DNA of 49,844 bases from an uncultured virus (IMG/VR IMGVR_UViG_2061766007_000468). Lineage: Duplodnaviria > Heunggongvirae > Uroviricota > Caudoviricetes. The notes beneath the pieces were generated by a model, which was given only the letters and a program-made list of their open reading frames with translations, did not search any database and was not told the DNA's origin. The translations under genes and the position numbers were made by a program. The stretch lies in IMG/VR virus record IMGVR_UViG_2061766007_000468. One strand, 5' to 3'. Shown piece by piece: positions 29,492 through 39,289 of the stretch (position 1 is its first letter; each line of letters opens with the position of its first letter).

Positions 29492-30028
29492 ATGAAGACT
29501 GTACGACTTGGAACTTTCGAGACGAACTCCTCGTCGGCACACTGCTTCGTGTGCGCAGACAACGAGGCGTTCGCCCGTTTTGTCAATGGCGAGCTGTTCG
29601 CCGACGGATTCGGCTACAAGGGCCGACATGACGCGAATCTGATCGACGCGGATACCGCATACATCGGATACGACAAGTACTTCATCAACGATGTACTCGG
29701 CTGTACAACAGACGCCGTAGAACTGAGCAAGGAGACCGTGCTCTGGTTCCTCCGTCATCCGAAGGAGATCGAGCCGTTCTACGACGGATCACTCGACGGC
29801 AAGTACGTCGTGGACGAAATGCCGCAGCGCGTCAAGGATGAGTGTGCGGCCAACTACTGGGGAGTAGCCAACCTCATCTGCTGGATGGAACAAGAGGAGG
29901 CTCCGATCTCCTATGCGACACTCGTGGAAGAAACAAGTAATTTTGAGCACGGATTCGACGACTACGACAGCGAGCCGCCGACCGAGAAGGACGGAAAGAC
30001 GAGCTGTTATGCCGTCTGGTATTACTAA
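29492..30028 (+). CDS. FETNSSS-motif family protein (copy 10)
   Basis: MKTVRLGTFETNSSSAHCFVC ... CYAVWYY; AGGAG RBS. Confidence 0.8.
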   Translation: MKTVRLGTFETNSSSAHCFVCADNEAFARFVNGELFADGFGYKGRHDANLIDADTAYIGYDKYFINDVLGCTTDAVELSKETVLWFLRHPKEIEPFYDGSLDGKYVVDEMPQRVKDECAANYWGVANLICWMEQEEAPISYATLVEETSNFEHGFDDYDSEPPTEKDGKTSCYAVWYY

Positions 30029-30048
30029 CACAACAAGAGAGATAACAA

Positions 30049-30954
30049 ATGACACGTGGCAAACTTGTGTACATAGACGAAGAAGGCAACGTATTCGTCT
30101 CAAACGAATTCAACGGCGACATGTACTATGAAGAAGGAAGCTTGGGCCAAATCTACGCAAAAGCCTTCGAGAAGATGCCGCACCACTTGGGCATCGCCGA
30201 TATGTCGTCGTGGTTGTACAAGATCCAGTCTACTATCCACGAATACGATGCAGACGAAGTGCGCTTCATCCATCTAGGTGACAACAAGATCGACCTGACT
30301 CGCGCCACCTACTTCGACTTTTGGTTCGCCGACTATCTGTACATCAGAAACGACTCGAAGCCCTTCACCATTACCAACCGAATGGGTGAACAAGCCGTAC
30401 TCCCGGAAAACACTATCTCAATTTACTGCTTCGGTGTGTTCGAGGATTGTATAAACCTTAGCAATCAGCCTACAACCGAGGATGACGTGATCGACTCTAC
30501 AGCAGCCACCGAAGAACACCGACGAGAAGTGGCGAGGAACATCCAGCACTTCTGCAACAAGATTACATTCCGGGCGGCGGCTCACGACTTGTCAAAGCTC
30601 CAGCCGCCAGAGAAGGCCGGATTTGACCGTGCCACGCTGAAGCTCAAGGACATGACTTACGGATCTCCGGAGTATAAGCAGTCACTCGAAGAGCTTGCCG
30701 AGACCCTTGAGCACCATTACGCCCACAACGACCACCATCCGCAACACTACAAGGACGGTGTCAACGGCATGAACCTCTACGCCCTAGTGGAAATGTACGA
30801 GGACTGGAAGGCCGCTGGGAAGCGCAACAAGGACGGCAACATCGTCAAGTCCGTTGAACTGAACAAGGACAAGTTCGGCCTTAGCGACCAGCTTTATTCC
30901 ATTCTCATGAACACGGCCAAGCTGGATCTGGAAGAGGAAATGAACAGAAAATAA
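30049..30954 (+). CDS. Two-domain protein with C-terminal HD-like (DUF5662-like) domain
   Basis: HDLSKL, HHYAHNDHHPQHY, MNL..LVEM..DW.AA. Confidence 0.7.
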   Translation: MTRGKLVYIDEEGNVFVSNEFNGDMYYEEGSLGQIYAKAFEKMPHHLGIADMSSWLYKIQSTIHEYDADEVRFIHLGDNKIDLTRATYFDFWFADYLYIRNDSKPFTITNRMGEQAVLPENTISIYCFGVFEDCINLSNQPTTEDDVIDSTAATEEHRREVARNIQHFCNKITFRAAAHDLSKLQPPEKAGFDRATLKLKDMTYGSPEYKQSLEELAETLEHHYAHNDHHPQHYKDGVNGMNLYALVEMYEDWKAAGKRNKDGNIVKSVELNKDKFGLSDQLYSILMNTAKLDLEEEMNRK

Positions 30955-30964
30955 TCCAAACCTC

Positions 30965-30993
30965 TTGACAACACGGGGCAAAGAGTATATATT
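30965..30993 (+). promoter_or_regulatory. Sigma70-type promoter
   Basis: TTGACA-17bp-TATATT. Confidence 0.65.
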
Positions 30994-31120
30994 GGTTGCA
31001 ATATGATGAACATTTTATTAAATTTGCCTCGTGATCCGAACGACTGGTCGTTCTTCCGTGGGCCGTGCATGGCCGACGACGAATACCCGGTCGTGGATAT
31101 ACTATCTAACGAGGTTAACG

Positions 31121-32035
31121 ATGAATCTGTTACTAGCGATACCGGCACGAGGCCAGAATAAGTATCTGGCCGAAATGAAGGCCGCTATCAATTCGATGTC
31201 GGTAAAGCCGTGTCACGTACTGTACATGGCCGACAGACCGACGCCCAAAGAACGCGTGGAAGCCTTGTCGATACTCGGCAACGACCCGCTTGTAGAATAT
31301 TATCCAATATCGACAAAACCGGAATACGTAGGTCGTCCGCAGATGACATACGGTGTAGAATGGTTCCTCACTGGCCATGTACGCAACCGTGCGGTGGACT
31401 ACATCGAGAACCATCCGGACATCGACGCCGTCGTGTTCATCGACGGCGACTGCATACCGGAACCCGACTTGATAAAGTCCCATATTGCCGTCCTTGACAA
31501 AGACAAGCCTACCGTCTCCGTCGGCAAGCGCAAAGAGGTCATGTACGCATGGAAAGACCAGCGCGAAACCGACGACAGCCAGTGCAAAATATTCCATGAT
31601 GTACCTACCGAAGTGATATACGAGACAATGTTCGTAGATTCCGGAGTCGTATGGACGTGCAATTTCGGTATGAACCGTGCCGCTATCGATGCACTCAAGC
31701 GGCTTAATTCCACCTTGTACGGACGTGCGGAGGCGTTTTCTAGCGAGTTCCTTGGTACCTGGGGCGGCGAGGACGGATTTATCGGCCTTGAGTGCTACTA
31801 CACCGGGATTCCGGTCATCGCCCTTGAGAACGGCGACAACGGCATCAAGCACAAGTACCATGTCCGAAACGAGGACAAGTACAACCACGTCGCGTTCGCA
31901 AATTATCTGGAGGTACGCCGTGAACAGCTTCTGTACCTACTCGACCTGTACAAATTGAACGCTCGCGACTGCCGGTACATACCCCGCGAAGAACTGATCG
32001 AGCTGGAATACACGTTCAACCAACATTCGTTATAG
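31121..32035 (+). CDS. GT-A fold glycosyltransferase (GT2/GT7-like)
   Basis: RNRA, VFIDGDCIP (DxD), TCNFG, WGGED, H.YH. Confidence 0.75.
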   Translation: MNLLLAIPARGQNKYLAEMKAAINSMSVKPCHVLYMADRPTPKERVEALSILGNDPLVEYYPISTKPEYVGRPQMTYGVEWFLTGHVRNRAVDYIENHPDIDAVVFIDGDCIPEPDLIKSHIAVLDKDKPTVSVGKRKEVMYAWKDQRETDDSQCKIFHDVPTEVIYETMFVDSGVVWTCNFGMNRAAIDALKRLNSTLYGRAEAFSSEFLGTWGGEDGFIGLECYYTGIPVIALENGDNGIKHKYHVRNEDKYNHVAFANYLEVRREQLLYLLDLYKLNARDCRYIPREELIELEYTFNQHSL

Positions 32036-32048
32036 ATAAACTAGTGTT

Positions 32049-32261
32049 ATGTTTTTCAATCTAAGTACATTAGGCGACTGGCTCGGCAACCGACTCGGCA
32101 AGACTGCCGTGGAACTGAGCAACGAAGACCTTCAGGACATGTCGAAGGATCAGCTTATTACTGCCGTCAAGGAACTGCAGTCGGTAGTCAAAAAACAGGA
32201 TTACCAGCTCAAGAAGAAGTCCGACCAGATTTTCAACTTGTTCATCCGCATGAAGTTCTAG
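32049..32261 (+). CDS. Small coiled-coil protein
   Basis: Heptad pattern; follows an ATAAACT motif. Confidence 0.55.
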   Translation: MFFNLSTLGDWLGNRLGKTAVELSNEDLQDMSKDQLITAVKELQSVVKKQDYQLKKKSDQIFNLFIRMKF

Positions 32262-32294
32262 GGATAAACTGCTATCAACTCGAAAAGGACAGAT

Positions 32295-33428
32295 ATGCCC
32301 AACAAATGGCTTAATTGTGCTATTCCCGGTGTCGCCCTGACCACGTGCATCGGTTCAGTATACTGCTGGTCACAGTTTGCCGCTAACCTCATGGAAACTT
32401 TCGCGCTTACAAGGTTCCAGACGGACATCGGCTTCATGCTAATCATATTCTTCCTCGGAATGTGCGCCGCAGCATTCGGACAAATTATCGAGAAGAATCC
32501 GCGCATGGGCGCATGGCTCTCGACGGTTGTCTTCATCACTGGCTTCATGATGCTAGGAACTGCGGTCGCCGTCGGTTCAGTCCCTGCCTTCTATATCGCG
32601 ACTGCGGTAATCGGCGCTGGAACCGGAATCGGCTACGTCACGCCAGTAAAGACGCTGATGGCGTTCTTCAGCGACCACAAGGGACTCGCGTCAGGACTTG
32701 CAATCACGGGATTCGGTCTGGCGAAGTTCATCGCGTCTCCAATCATCGAATGGCTACTCGTCAATGTTAGCTTGTCCAACATGTTCTTCATCATGGGTGG
32801 CATCTACGCCGTCGTGATGCTGGTGTCTTCGTTGCTACTGCGCAAATACCCTTATTCTTTGTCCGAAACGACGTACGACAACTGCTTCCGTTATTCGTAC
32901 ATCTTGAAGAACAAGGAATGGTGGTCGATATGGTTCATGTTCATGACCAACATATCTTGCGGTCTGGCGATTATATCCCAGGAAAAGGGACTTCTCACCG
33001 CGCTTGGAATTTCCGCTATCGCGATGGTACTTTCGGGTACCGCATTGTCCAACGCTGGCGGACGTCTCGGATTCTCGTCCATTTCAGACAAAATAGGAAG
33101 GAAGGCTGCCTACCACTTTGTATGCAGTTTCGGTATACTGGGTGCCGTGTTCTGCATCACCGGAAGTCCTCTCTTGTCAGTAATCGGCATACTTCTGTGC
33201 GAGGCCGCCTACGGAGGAAACTTCAGCGTGTTGCCTAGTTTGTTGGCAAAACGCTTCGGAATGAGCAACGCATCGCGTGTACACTCGATGACACTGACCG
33301 GATGGAGCTTCGGTGGTATCTTCGGCCCGTTGCTCGCCAATACGTTCACTGGTAACTCTCTGTACATCGTTCTTGCCGTGCTCTACTTCATCGCGTTCAC
33401 CGTCATGGAAATGAACGTGCGAAAGTAA
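32295..33428 (+). CDS. MFS transporter, OFA (oxalate:formate antiporter)-like family
   Basis: About 12 TM segments; CIGSVY.WS, GIGY.TPV.TL..F.D.KGLA.G..I.GFG, N..GR...S..SDKIGR, YGG.FS..P. Confidence 0.85.
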   Translation: MPNKWLNCAIPGVALTTCIGSVYCWSQFAANLMETFALTRFQTDIGFMLIIFFLGMCAAAFGQIIEKNPRMGAWLSTVVFITGFMMLGTAVAVGSVPAFYIATAVIGAGTGIGYVTPVKTLMAFFSDHKGLASGLAITGFGLAKFIASPIIEWLLVNVSLSNMFFIMGGIYAVVMLVSSLLLRKYPYSLSETTYDNCFRYSYILKNKEWWSIWFMFMTNISCGLAIISQEKGLLTALGISAIAMVLSGTALSNAGGRLGFSSISDKIGRKAAYHFVCSFGILGAVFCITGSPLLSVIGILLCEAAYGGNFSVLPSLLAKRFGMSNASRVHSMTLTGWSFGGIFGPLLANTFTGNSLYIVLAVLYFIAFTVMEMNVRK

Positions 33429-33455
33429 AGTAAATTTTACGTGTTTATACCACAC

Positions 33456-33490
33456 ACCGACTAGCCAAGACTGGTCGGTTTTGCTATATT
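33456..33490 (+). promoter_or_regulatory. Hairpin plus T-run overlapping an extended -10 promoter; probably leaderless
   Basis: ACCGACTAG / CTGGTCGGT then TTTGCTATATT; ATG 7 nt later. Confidence 0.65.
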
Positions 33491-33497
33491 TGCGGAC

Positions 33498-34766
33498 ATG
33501 AAAAATGTATCAATGAATTATGTAAAGTCTGGATCGGTATACACACCGATCGGCAGCCTCCGAGAAGTTACGAACATTCTCGAACCACATGTATATCAGA
33601 TTGTCATGCCGCCAATGTCTGGCCCCAAGCTCGAAATCGTCGACAACATCGATCTCTCCATTCCCAAGAAGGTCTACGGCCAGGTTCCGTCTCAAGTGGA
33701 AAAGTGCTTCGCCGCATACGACCGCCGTCCGCGCAACACTGGCGTTCTCTTGTCTGGTGAACGCGGCATGGGCAAGACCTTGTTCATCCGTATCGCTATG
33801 AACGAAGCGCTCAAGCGCGACATCCCAGTGATCGTCCTCAGCCGTACAAATGCGCTTGAAGCCTATGTCGGACTCATCAACAGCATCACGCAGCCAGTTC
33901 TCGTGGTGATGGACGAGTTCGAGAAGAACTTCGACACGGACGACAAGAGNNNNNNNNNNCTGGCGTCGACCAGAAGTCCATTAAGTACGCCGTGCAGATC
34001 ATGCAGAACTATCCGATCAACTACGACGGCCTTTCCGCCATCGCAGCCGAGCTCAACGCCGGTATCGACATCAACGAGACTTTGCGTGACTTGAACCTCG
34101 ACCGTATCGGCGTGTCTGCGCTGCAGTGCAACTTGAACATCAACGGATACGAATACTCCGGTACGCTCGGCATGAGCATCGACGCTCTCCAGTCTAGGGA
34201 AACCGTCGGCATCGACATGCGTAGCGTGAAGTACGTAGGCTCGACATCCAAGATCAAGCCGTCCACCAAGGGCTTCCTCGGCAACGAGATCAATGTCTAT
34301 CTCTCCGCCATCAAGATGACTATGGACGAAAGTGGCATCGTGCGCTTGAANNNNNNNNNNTGTGTCTGCTCTGCAGTGCAACTTGAACATCAACGGATAC
34401 GAATACTCTGGTACGCTCAGCATGAGCATCGACTCTCTCCAGACAAGGGAATCCGTCGGCATCGACATGCGCAGCTTGAAGTACATGGGATCGAATTCCA
34501 AGGTCAAGCCGTCCACCAAGGGCTTCCTCGGCAACGATATCACTGTCTATCTCTCTGCCATCAAGATGACGATGGACGAGACTGGCATCGTGCGCTTGAA
34601 CGTGGACGAAAGCCTTGACTACATCTACTTGGAGGAAAGCATTCCGCATCCGACCAAGAAGGGCGACACGATCAACTACATTCACATGAAGGACATCAAG
34701 AGCGTGTCGGAAATCAGCATCCGTCCGAAGCCGATCCGTTCGGCTCCGATGTACCTTACCGTCTAA
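33498..34766 (+). CDS. AAA+ ATPase, fragmented by gaps
   Basis: Walker A GERGMGKT, Walker B VVMDEFEK; the missing middle (LSMLDG...INRPGRF) appears in the copy at 35335-35680. Confidence 0.8.
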
Positions 34767-34775
34767 GGAGAGACT

Positions 34776-35132
34776 ATGTCCAAGTGGCTTTACCGACTTG
34801 AAGCGGTTGACGAGAACAACGGCCTCTGGTACAACTCGAAGAACGAGTATGTCTGGGGCTGCAAGGACTGTAAGGGCGAGGCGAAGGACTTGCCGATGGG
34901 GTACGACCCTCGTTACCACATCGATGGCAAGAACTGGTTCTCCTCTTGCTCGAACGTGGAAGACCTTCTCCACTGGTACTCCAAGGAGGACGCCATATTC
35001 CTCCTAGAACACGGCTTCGTGTTCACGAAGTATCTGGCGAAGGACTACCACGAATTCGAGCTGGAAACGGTCTTCTTGAAGGAAACCGCCGAAGCACGTG
35101 AAGTCATCGACTTCATCTCGCTGTTCGGCTAG
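34776..35132 (+). CDS. Hypothetical protein (near-identical to 38704-39060)
   Basis: AAGGAG RBS; two copies with mostly synonymous differences. Confidence 0.75.
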   Translation: MSKWLYRLEAVDENNGLWYNSKNEYVWGCKDCKGEAKDLPMGYDPRYHIDGKNWFSSCSNVEDLLHWYSKEDAIFLLEHGFVFTKYLAKDYHEFELETVFLKETAEAREVIDFISLFG

Positions 35133-35334
35133 CTTGACTCTCAACCAGAAATAAACTAATTTGCAACTCAGAAGGAACAATATGTCCAAGAGAGTTGCAT
35201 TTTTTGTTATAGCCATGATCATGATCGCTTTCCTTGCGTTCAGTGTCTTTGCGCTGTTCAACTATACGGAACCGGACTGTTACGTCGGCATACCCGGCTG
35301 TACTATATTCGGGGCAATCCTATGNNNNNNNNNN

Positions 35335-35837
35335 CGAAGACCAGGGCACGTTCCTTTCCATGCTCGACGGCCTCGGTTCCAGCCAGAAGCGCATGTTCAT
35401 CGCTTCCGTCAACTACCGTCACAAGATTTCCCAGTTCATGATCAACCGTCCTGGCCGCTTCTACTACCACTTCGAGTTCAAGCCGCTGTCCGACGTGGAA
35501 ATGATCGAGTACTTGACCAACGAGACCAAGGGTGTCGACCAGAAGTCCATCAAGTATGCTGTGCAGATCATGCAGAACTACCCGATCAACTACGACGGAC
35601 TTTCCGCCATCGCGGCGGAACTCAACGCTGGTATCGACATCAACGAGACCTTGCGTGACTTGAACCTCGACCGTATCGGNNNNNNNNNNCCTCGACCGTA
35701 TCGGCGTGTCTGCCTTGCAGTGCAACGTGAACATCAACGGATACGAATACTCCGGTACGCTCAGCATGAGCATTGACGATCTCCAATCGAGGGAAACAGT
35801 CGGCATCGAAATGCGCAGCGTGAAGTACATCGGCTCG
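35335..35837 (+). repeat. Second partial copy or allele of the AAA ATPase gene
   Basis: Near-identical to 33960-34240; bounded by N-gaps. Confidence 0.7.
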
Positions 35838-37092
35838 NNNNNNNNNNNNNNNNNNNNNNNNNNNNNNNNNNNNNNNNNNNNNNNNNNNNNNNNNNNNNNN
35901 NNNNNNNNNNNNNNNNNNNNNNNNNNNNNNNNNNNNNNNNNNNNNNNNNNNNNNNNNNNNNNNNNNNNNNNNNNNNNNNNNNNNNNNNNNNNNNNNNNNN
36001 NNNNNNNNNNNNNNNNNNNNNNNNNNNNNNNNNNNNNNNNNNNNNNNNNNNNNNNNNNNNNNNNNNNNNNNNNNNNNNNNNNNNNNNNNNNNNNNNNNNN
36101 NNNNNNNNNNNNNNNNNNNNNNNNNNNNNNNNNNNNNNNNNNNNNNNNNNNNNNNNNNNNNNNNNNNNNNNNNNNNNNNNNNNNNNNNNNNNNNNNNNNN
36201 NNNNNNNNNNNNNNNNNNNNNNNNNNNNNNNNNNNNNNNNNNNNNNNNNNNNNNNNNNNNNNNNNNNNNNNNNNNNNNNNNNNNNNNNNNNNNNNNNNNN
36301 NNNNNNNNNNNNNNNNNNNNNNNNNNNNNNNNNNNNNNNNNNNNNNNNNNNNNNNNNNNNNNNNNNNNNNNNNNNNNNNNNNNNNNNNNNNNNNNNNNNN
36401 NNNNNNNNNNNNNNNNNNNNNNNNNNNNNNNNNNNNNNNNNNNNNNNNNNNNNNNNNNNNNNNNNNNNNNNNNNNNNNNNNNNNNNNNNNNNNNNNNNNN
36501 NNNNNNNNNNNNNNNNNNNNNNNNNNNNNNNNNNNNNNNNNNNNNNNNNNNNNNNNNNNNNNNNNNNNNNNNNNNNNNNNNNNNNNNNNNNNNNNNNNNN
36601 NNNNNNACTGATCGCTTTCCTTGCGTTCAGCGTCTTTGCGCTGTTCAACTACAAGGAACCTGACTGTTACGTCGGCATACCCGGCTGTACTATATTCGGG
36701 GCAATCCTATGTGACTGGCTGCTGGGCAAGTTCGACCAGTTTTGAGGTGCGGATGAAGTTCACTCTTAAAGCATACAGCGACTTGGGAAGGTGCAGCATG
36801 GGCACCTTACTAGACGAGTTCGATACGGACACCTACAAGATACTCGATAGGGGCAAGGAAGTCACTATCCGTTCCGTAGAGGACTTGTTCCCCTACCTAT
36901 GGCAGACACCAGGCGTAGCCTTCCATTCCGAAGGCAAGCACGTCGCCGATTTCTACGGTACGGGCACACACTGGCACCATGACTTCGACGACAGCATCCT
37001 TGNNNNNNNNNNACTAACGGAGAGAACTCATACATCTGGAGACGCAATGATACGAGACCTTACTTTCTTTAAAATACAAGAACTATAATCAA

Positions 37093-38388
37093 CTATGCAA
37101 AAGTGCAGATAGAATAGCACTTTTGTATATAGTACTTGCTAAAGACAGCGTTCTGGATGTAATCTAGTAGCTGGAACCGATATTTCAGTTTCGATTCTTT
37201 GATTTTTTGGAATAGTTCCTTCCAATTTTCCACCGAACCGAGTGTTTGCTTCCATTGCTCATCTCGGAACTGAATATTGAATCTTGGATAGAACCATCCC
37301 TTGTCGAATTTCTTGTAGGCACGCCGTGCAATTTCAATGCTGGCAGCAACCATATCGGGTGTATTCTCGCTGCCGTAGGCGAAGTTGCCAACGATTGACG
37401 AATATGCTGGGTTCACCTCGACTAATTCATACTTATGCAAGTTCGCAAGCATCTTCAGCTTGTTCACGAACAACCGTCGTTCCCACGTGTTATTGCACAG
37501 CCTATTGAGTTTCTTTCCCTTATTTTGGTCTTTCGGCTTGATGGATAGATCCTCGATAGCAACCGTCTTGCACTTCCATACATCCACTAGCTTGCTAATT
37601 TCGTGTGCAATCGTAATTGTCTCATGTTTCAGTTTGTTGGCGAGGTACTTGGAACTGGAATCCGTGCTCGCCTTTCCAGAAGAAATTGTCAGCTTCCTCA
37701 AGTCGAAAACTTGCTTATGCAGCACTTTGAACTCGTCATTCTTGTTGAACTCTATCACTGACATCCCTATGAAGTTAGGGTTCATGTCAATGCCAAGAAC
37801 TCGCTTCGACTGCAGATTCTTAAATCTGGCATCGTGAATAAGGCTTTCGTCATAGGTGAGCCATACATACTTATTGGATAGCCTGATTGAAACTGTTATC
37901 TTGTTCTGTTCGGCGAGTTCTTGCACTTTGTCAAGTTCTTCGGCAATTTTCTTCTTCATCGGAAGGAACTGGATTTCTACGTGTCTATCCTTGTTGGGTT
38001 TGTATGTAAGGCGTTTATTGCCAAGGTCTAGCATAAATAGACGGTTGCCCTTATGAAGCCTTTCGCCTTGAATACCAATAGGGAACATTCTGCGGTATTT
38101 GAACGTCGTTTTATCTATCAGTCCTCGTAGGTACTGGTACAAGTTGTGCTTGCCACCGAACACGATACGGTTTTCACCATTCAGCTTGTATAAGGCAGCC
38201 GCTTCCTTTATAGCGGATTGGATGAACCAGCTGTTGTGGTTGAACTTTGCATTGCAATAGGCACGGACTTCCTTCTCGTCCATTCCGTCTTGATAACGGT
38301 TAACCGCAACACGGACAATGCTGCTAAACACTCGCATGTCATCCAGCACATCCACATCGTTGCATATCGTAAGTTTAACCGTCTTCAT
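37093..38388 (-). CDS. TnpB-related nuclease without a C-terminal Zn finger (IS200/605 accessory or Cas12f-like clade)
   Basis: FGGK, GNR.F, LGIDMNP, AIEDL, VEVNPAYSS.VG, D..AASIEIARR. Confidence 0.8.
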   Translation of the reverse strand: MKTVKLTICNDVDVLDDMRVFSSIVRVAVNRYQDGMDEKEVRAYCNAKFNHNSWFIQSAIKEAAALYKLNGENRIVFGGKHNLYQYLRGLIDKTTFKYRRMFPIGIQGERLHKGNRLFMLDLGNKRLTYKPNKDRHVEIQFLPMKKKIAEELDKVQELAEQNKITVSIRLSNKYVWLTYDESLIHDARFKNLQSKRVLGIDMNPNFIGMSVIEFNKNDEFKVLHKQVFDLRKLTISSGKASTDSSSKYLANKLKHETITIAHEISKLVDVWKCKTVAIEDLSIKPKDQNKGKKLNRLCNNTWERRLFVNKLKMLANLHKYELVEVNPAYSSIVGNFAYGSENTPDMVAASIEIARRAYKKFDKGWFYPRFNIQFRDEQWKQTLGSVENWKELFQKIKESKLKYRFQLLDYIQNAVFSKYYIQKCYSICTFA

Positions 38389-38703
38389 AACAAAAAATCC
38401 TGCTTGGAAGAGCGAGTTCCACACAGGATTAGCTGGCATCGCTGCCATCAAAATCTTGATGTATTGGGAATCTCGCTCATTCCTATCTCAAGTTTATATA
38501 CTTGTACATTTCTAATTATTGTATCTGTACTTAATTTTCTCAATTTCATTGCTATACTATTGAAAATATATTATATTTCTGTATAATTTTCAATAATTTT
38601 ATATAATTTCGCGTTAACGAATACGATCCAACCTACCAGCTGATGCGGAACGCCGAGAACTACTGCGCCGGATGGCACCANNNNNNNNNNATAAGGAGAC
38701 AAT

Positions 38704-39060
38704 ATGTCAAAATGGCTATACCGTCTTGAAGCGGTCGACGAGAACAACGGCCTCTGGTACAACTCGAAAAACGAGTATGTCTGGGGCTGTAAGGACTGTA
38801 AGGGCGAGGCGAAGGACTTGCCGATGGTTTACGATCCTCGTTACCACATTGACGGCAAGAACTGGTTTTCCTCTTGCTCGAACGTTGAAGACCTTCTACA
38901 CTGGTACTCCAAGGAGGATGCCATATTCCTTCTCGAACACGGCTTCGTGTTTACGAAGTATCTGGCAAAGGACTACCACGAGTTCGAGCTGGAAACGGTA
39001 TTCTTGAAGGAAACCGCCGAAGCGCGTGAAGTCATCGACTTCCTCTCGCTGTTCGCTTGA
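38704..39060 (+). CDS. Hypothetical protein (copy of 34776-35132)
   Basis: AAGGAG RBS; near-identical protein. Confidence 0.75.
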   Translation: MSKWLYRLEAVDENNGLWYNSKNEYVWGCKDCKGEAKDLPMVYDPRYHIDGKNWFSSCSNVEDLLHWYSKEDAIFLLEHGFVFTKYLAKDYHEFELETVFLKETAEAREVIDFLSLFA

Positions 39061-39289
39061 CAGACAACGGAAAATAAACTAATTTGCAACTCAGAGGGAA
39101 TAAATATGTCCAGTCGAATTGCATTTTTTATTTTGGCCGCCATGCTGCTGAGTTTCTTTTCGTTCAGCGTATATGCGCTGCTCACTTACGACAATCCGGA
39201 ATGCGTGGCCGGAATACCAGGTTGCGCATTGCTGGGCGCGATAATCTGCGACTGGCTCGACGACAAGATGGACGACATCTGAGGTTACT

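Noticed and set aside
37093..38620. Cas12f/Cas14 CRISPR system
   Set aside because: No repeat-spacer array or cas1/cas2 visible nearby, although the 770 nt gap at 35838-36606 cannot be inspected.
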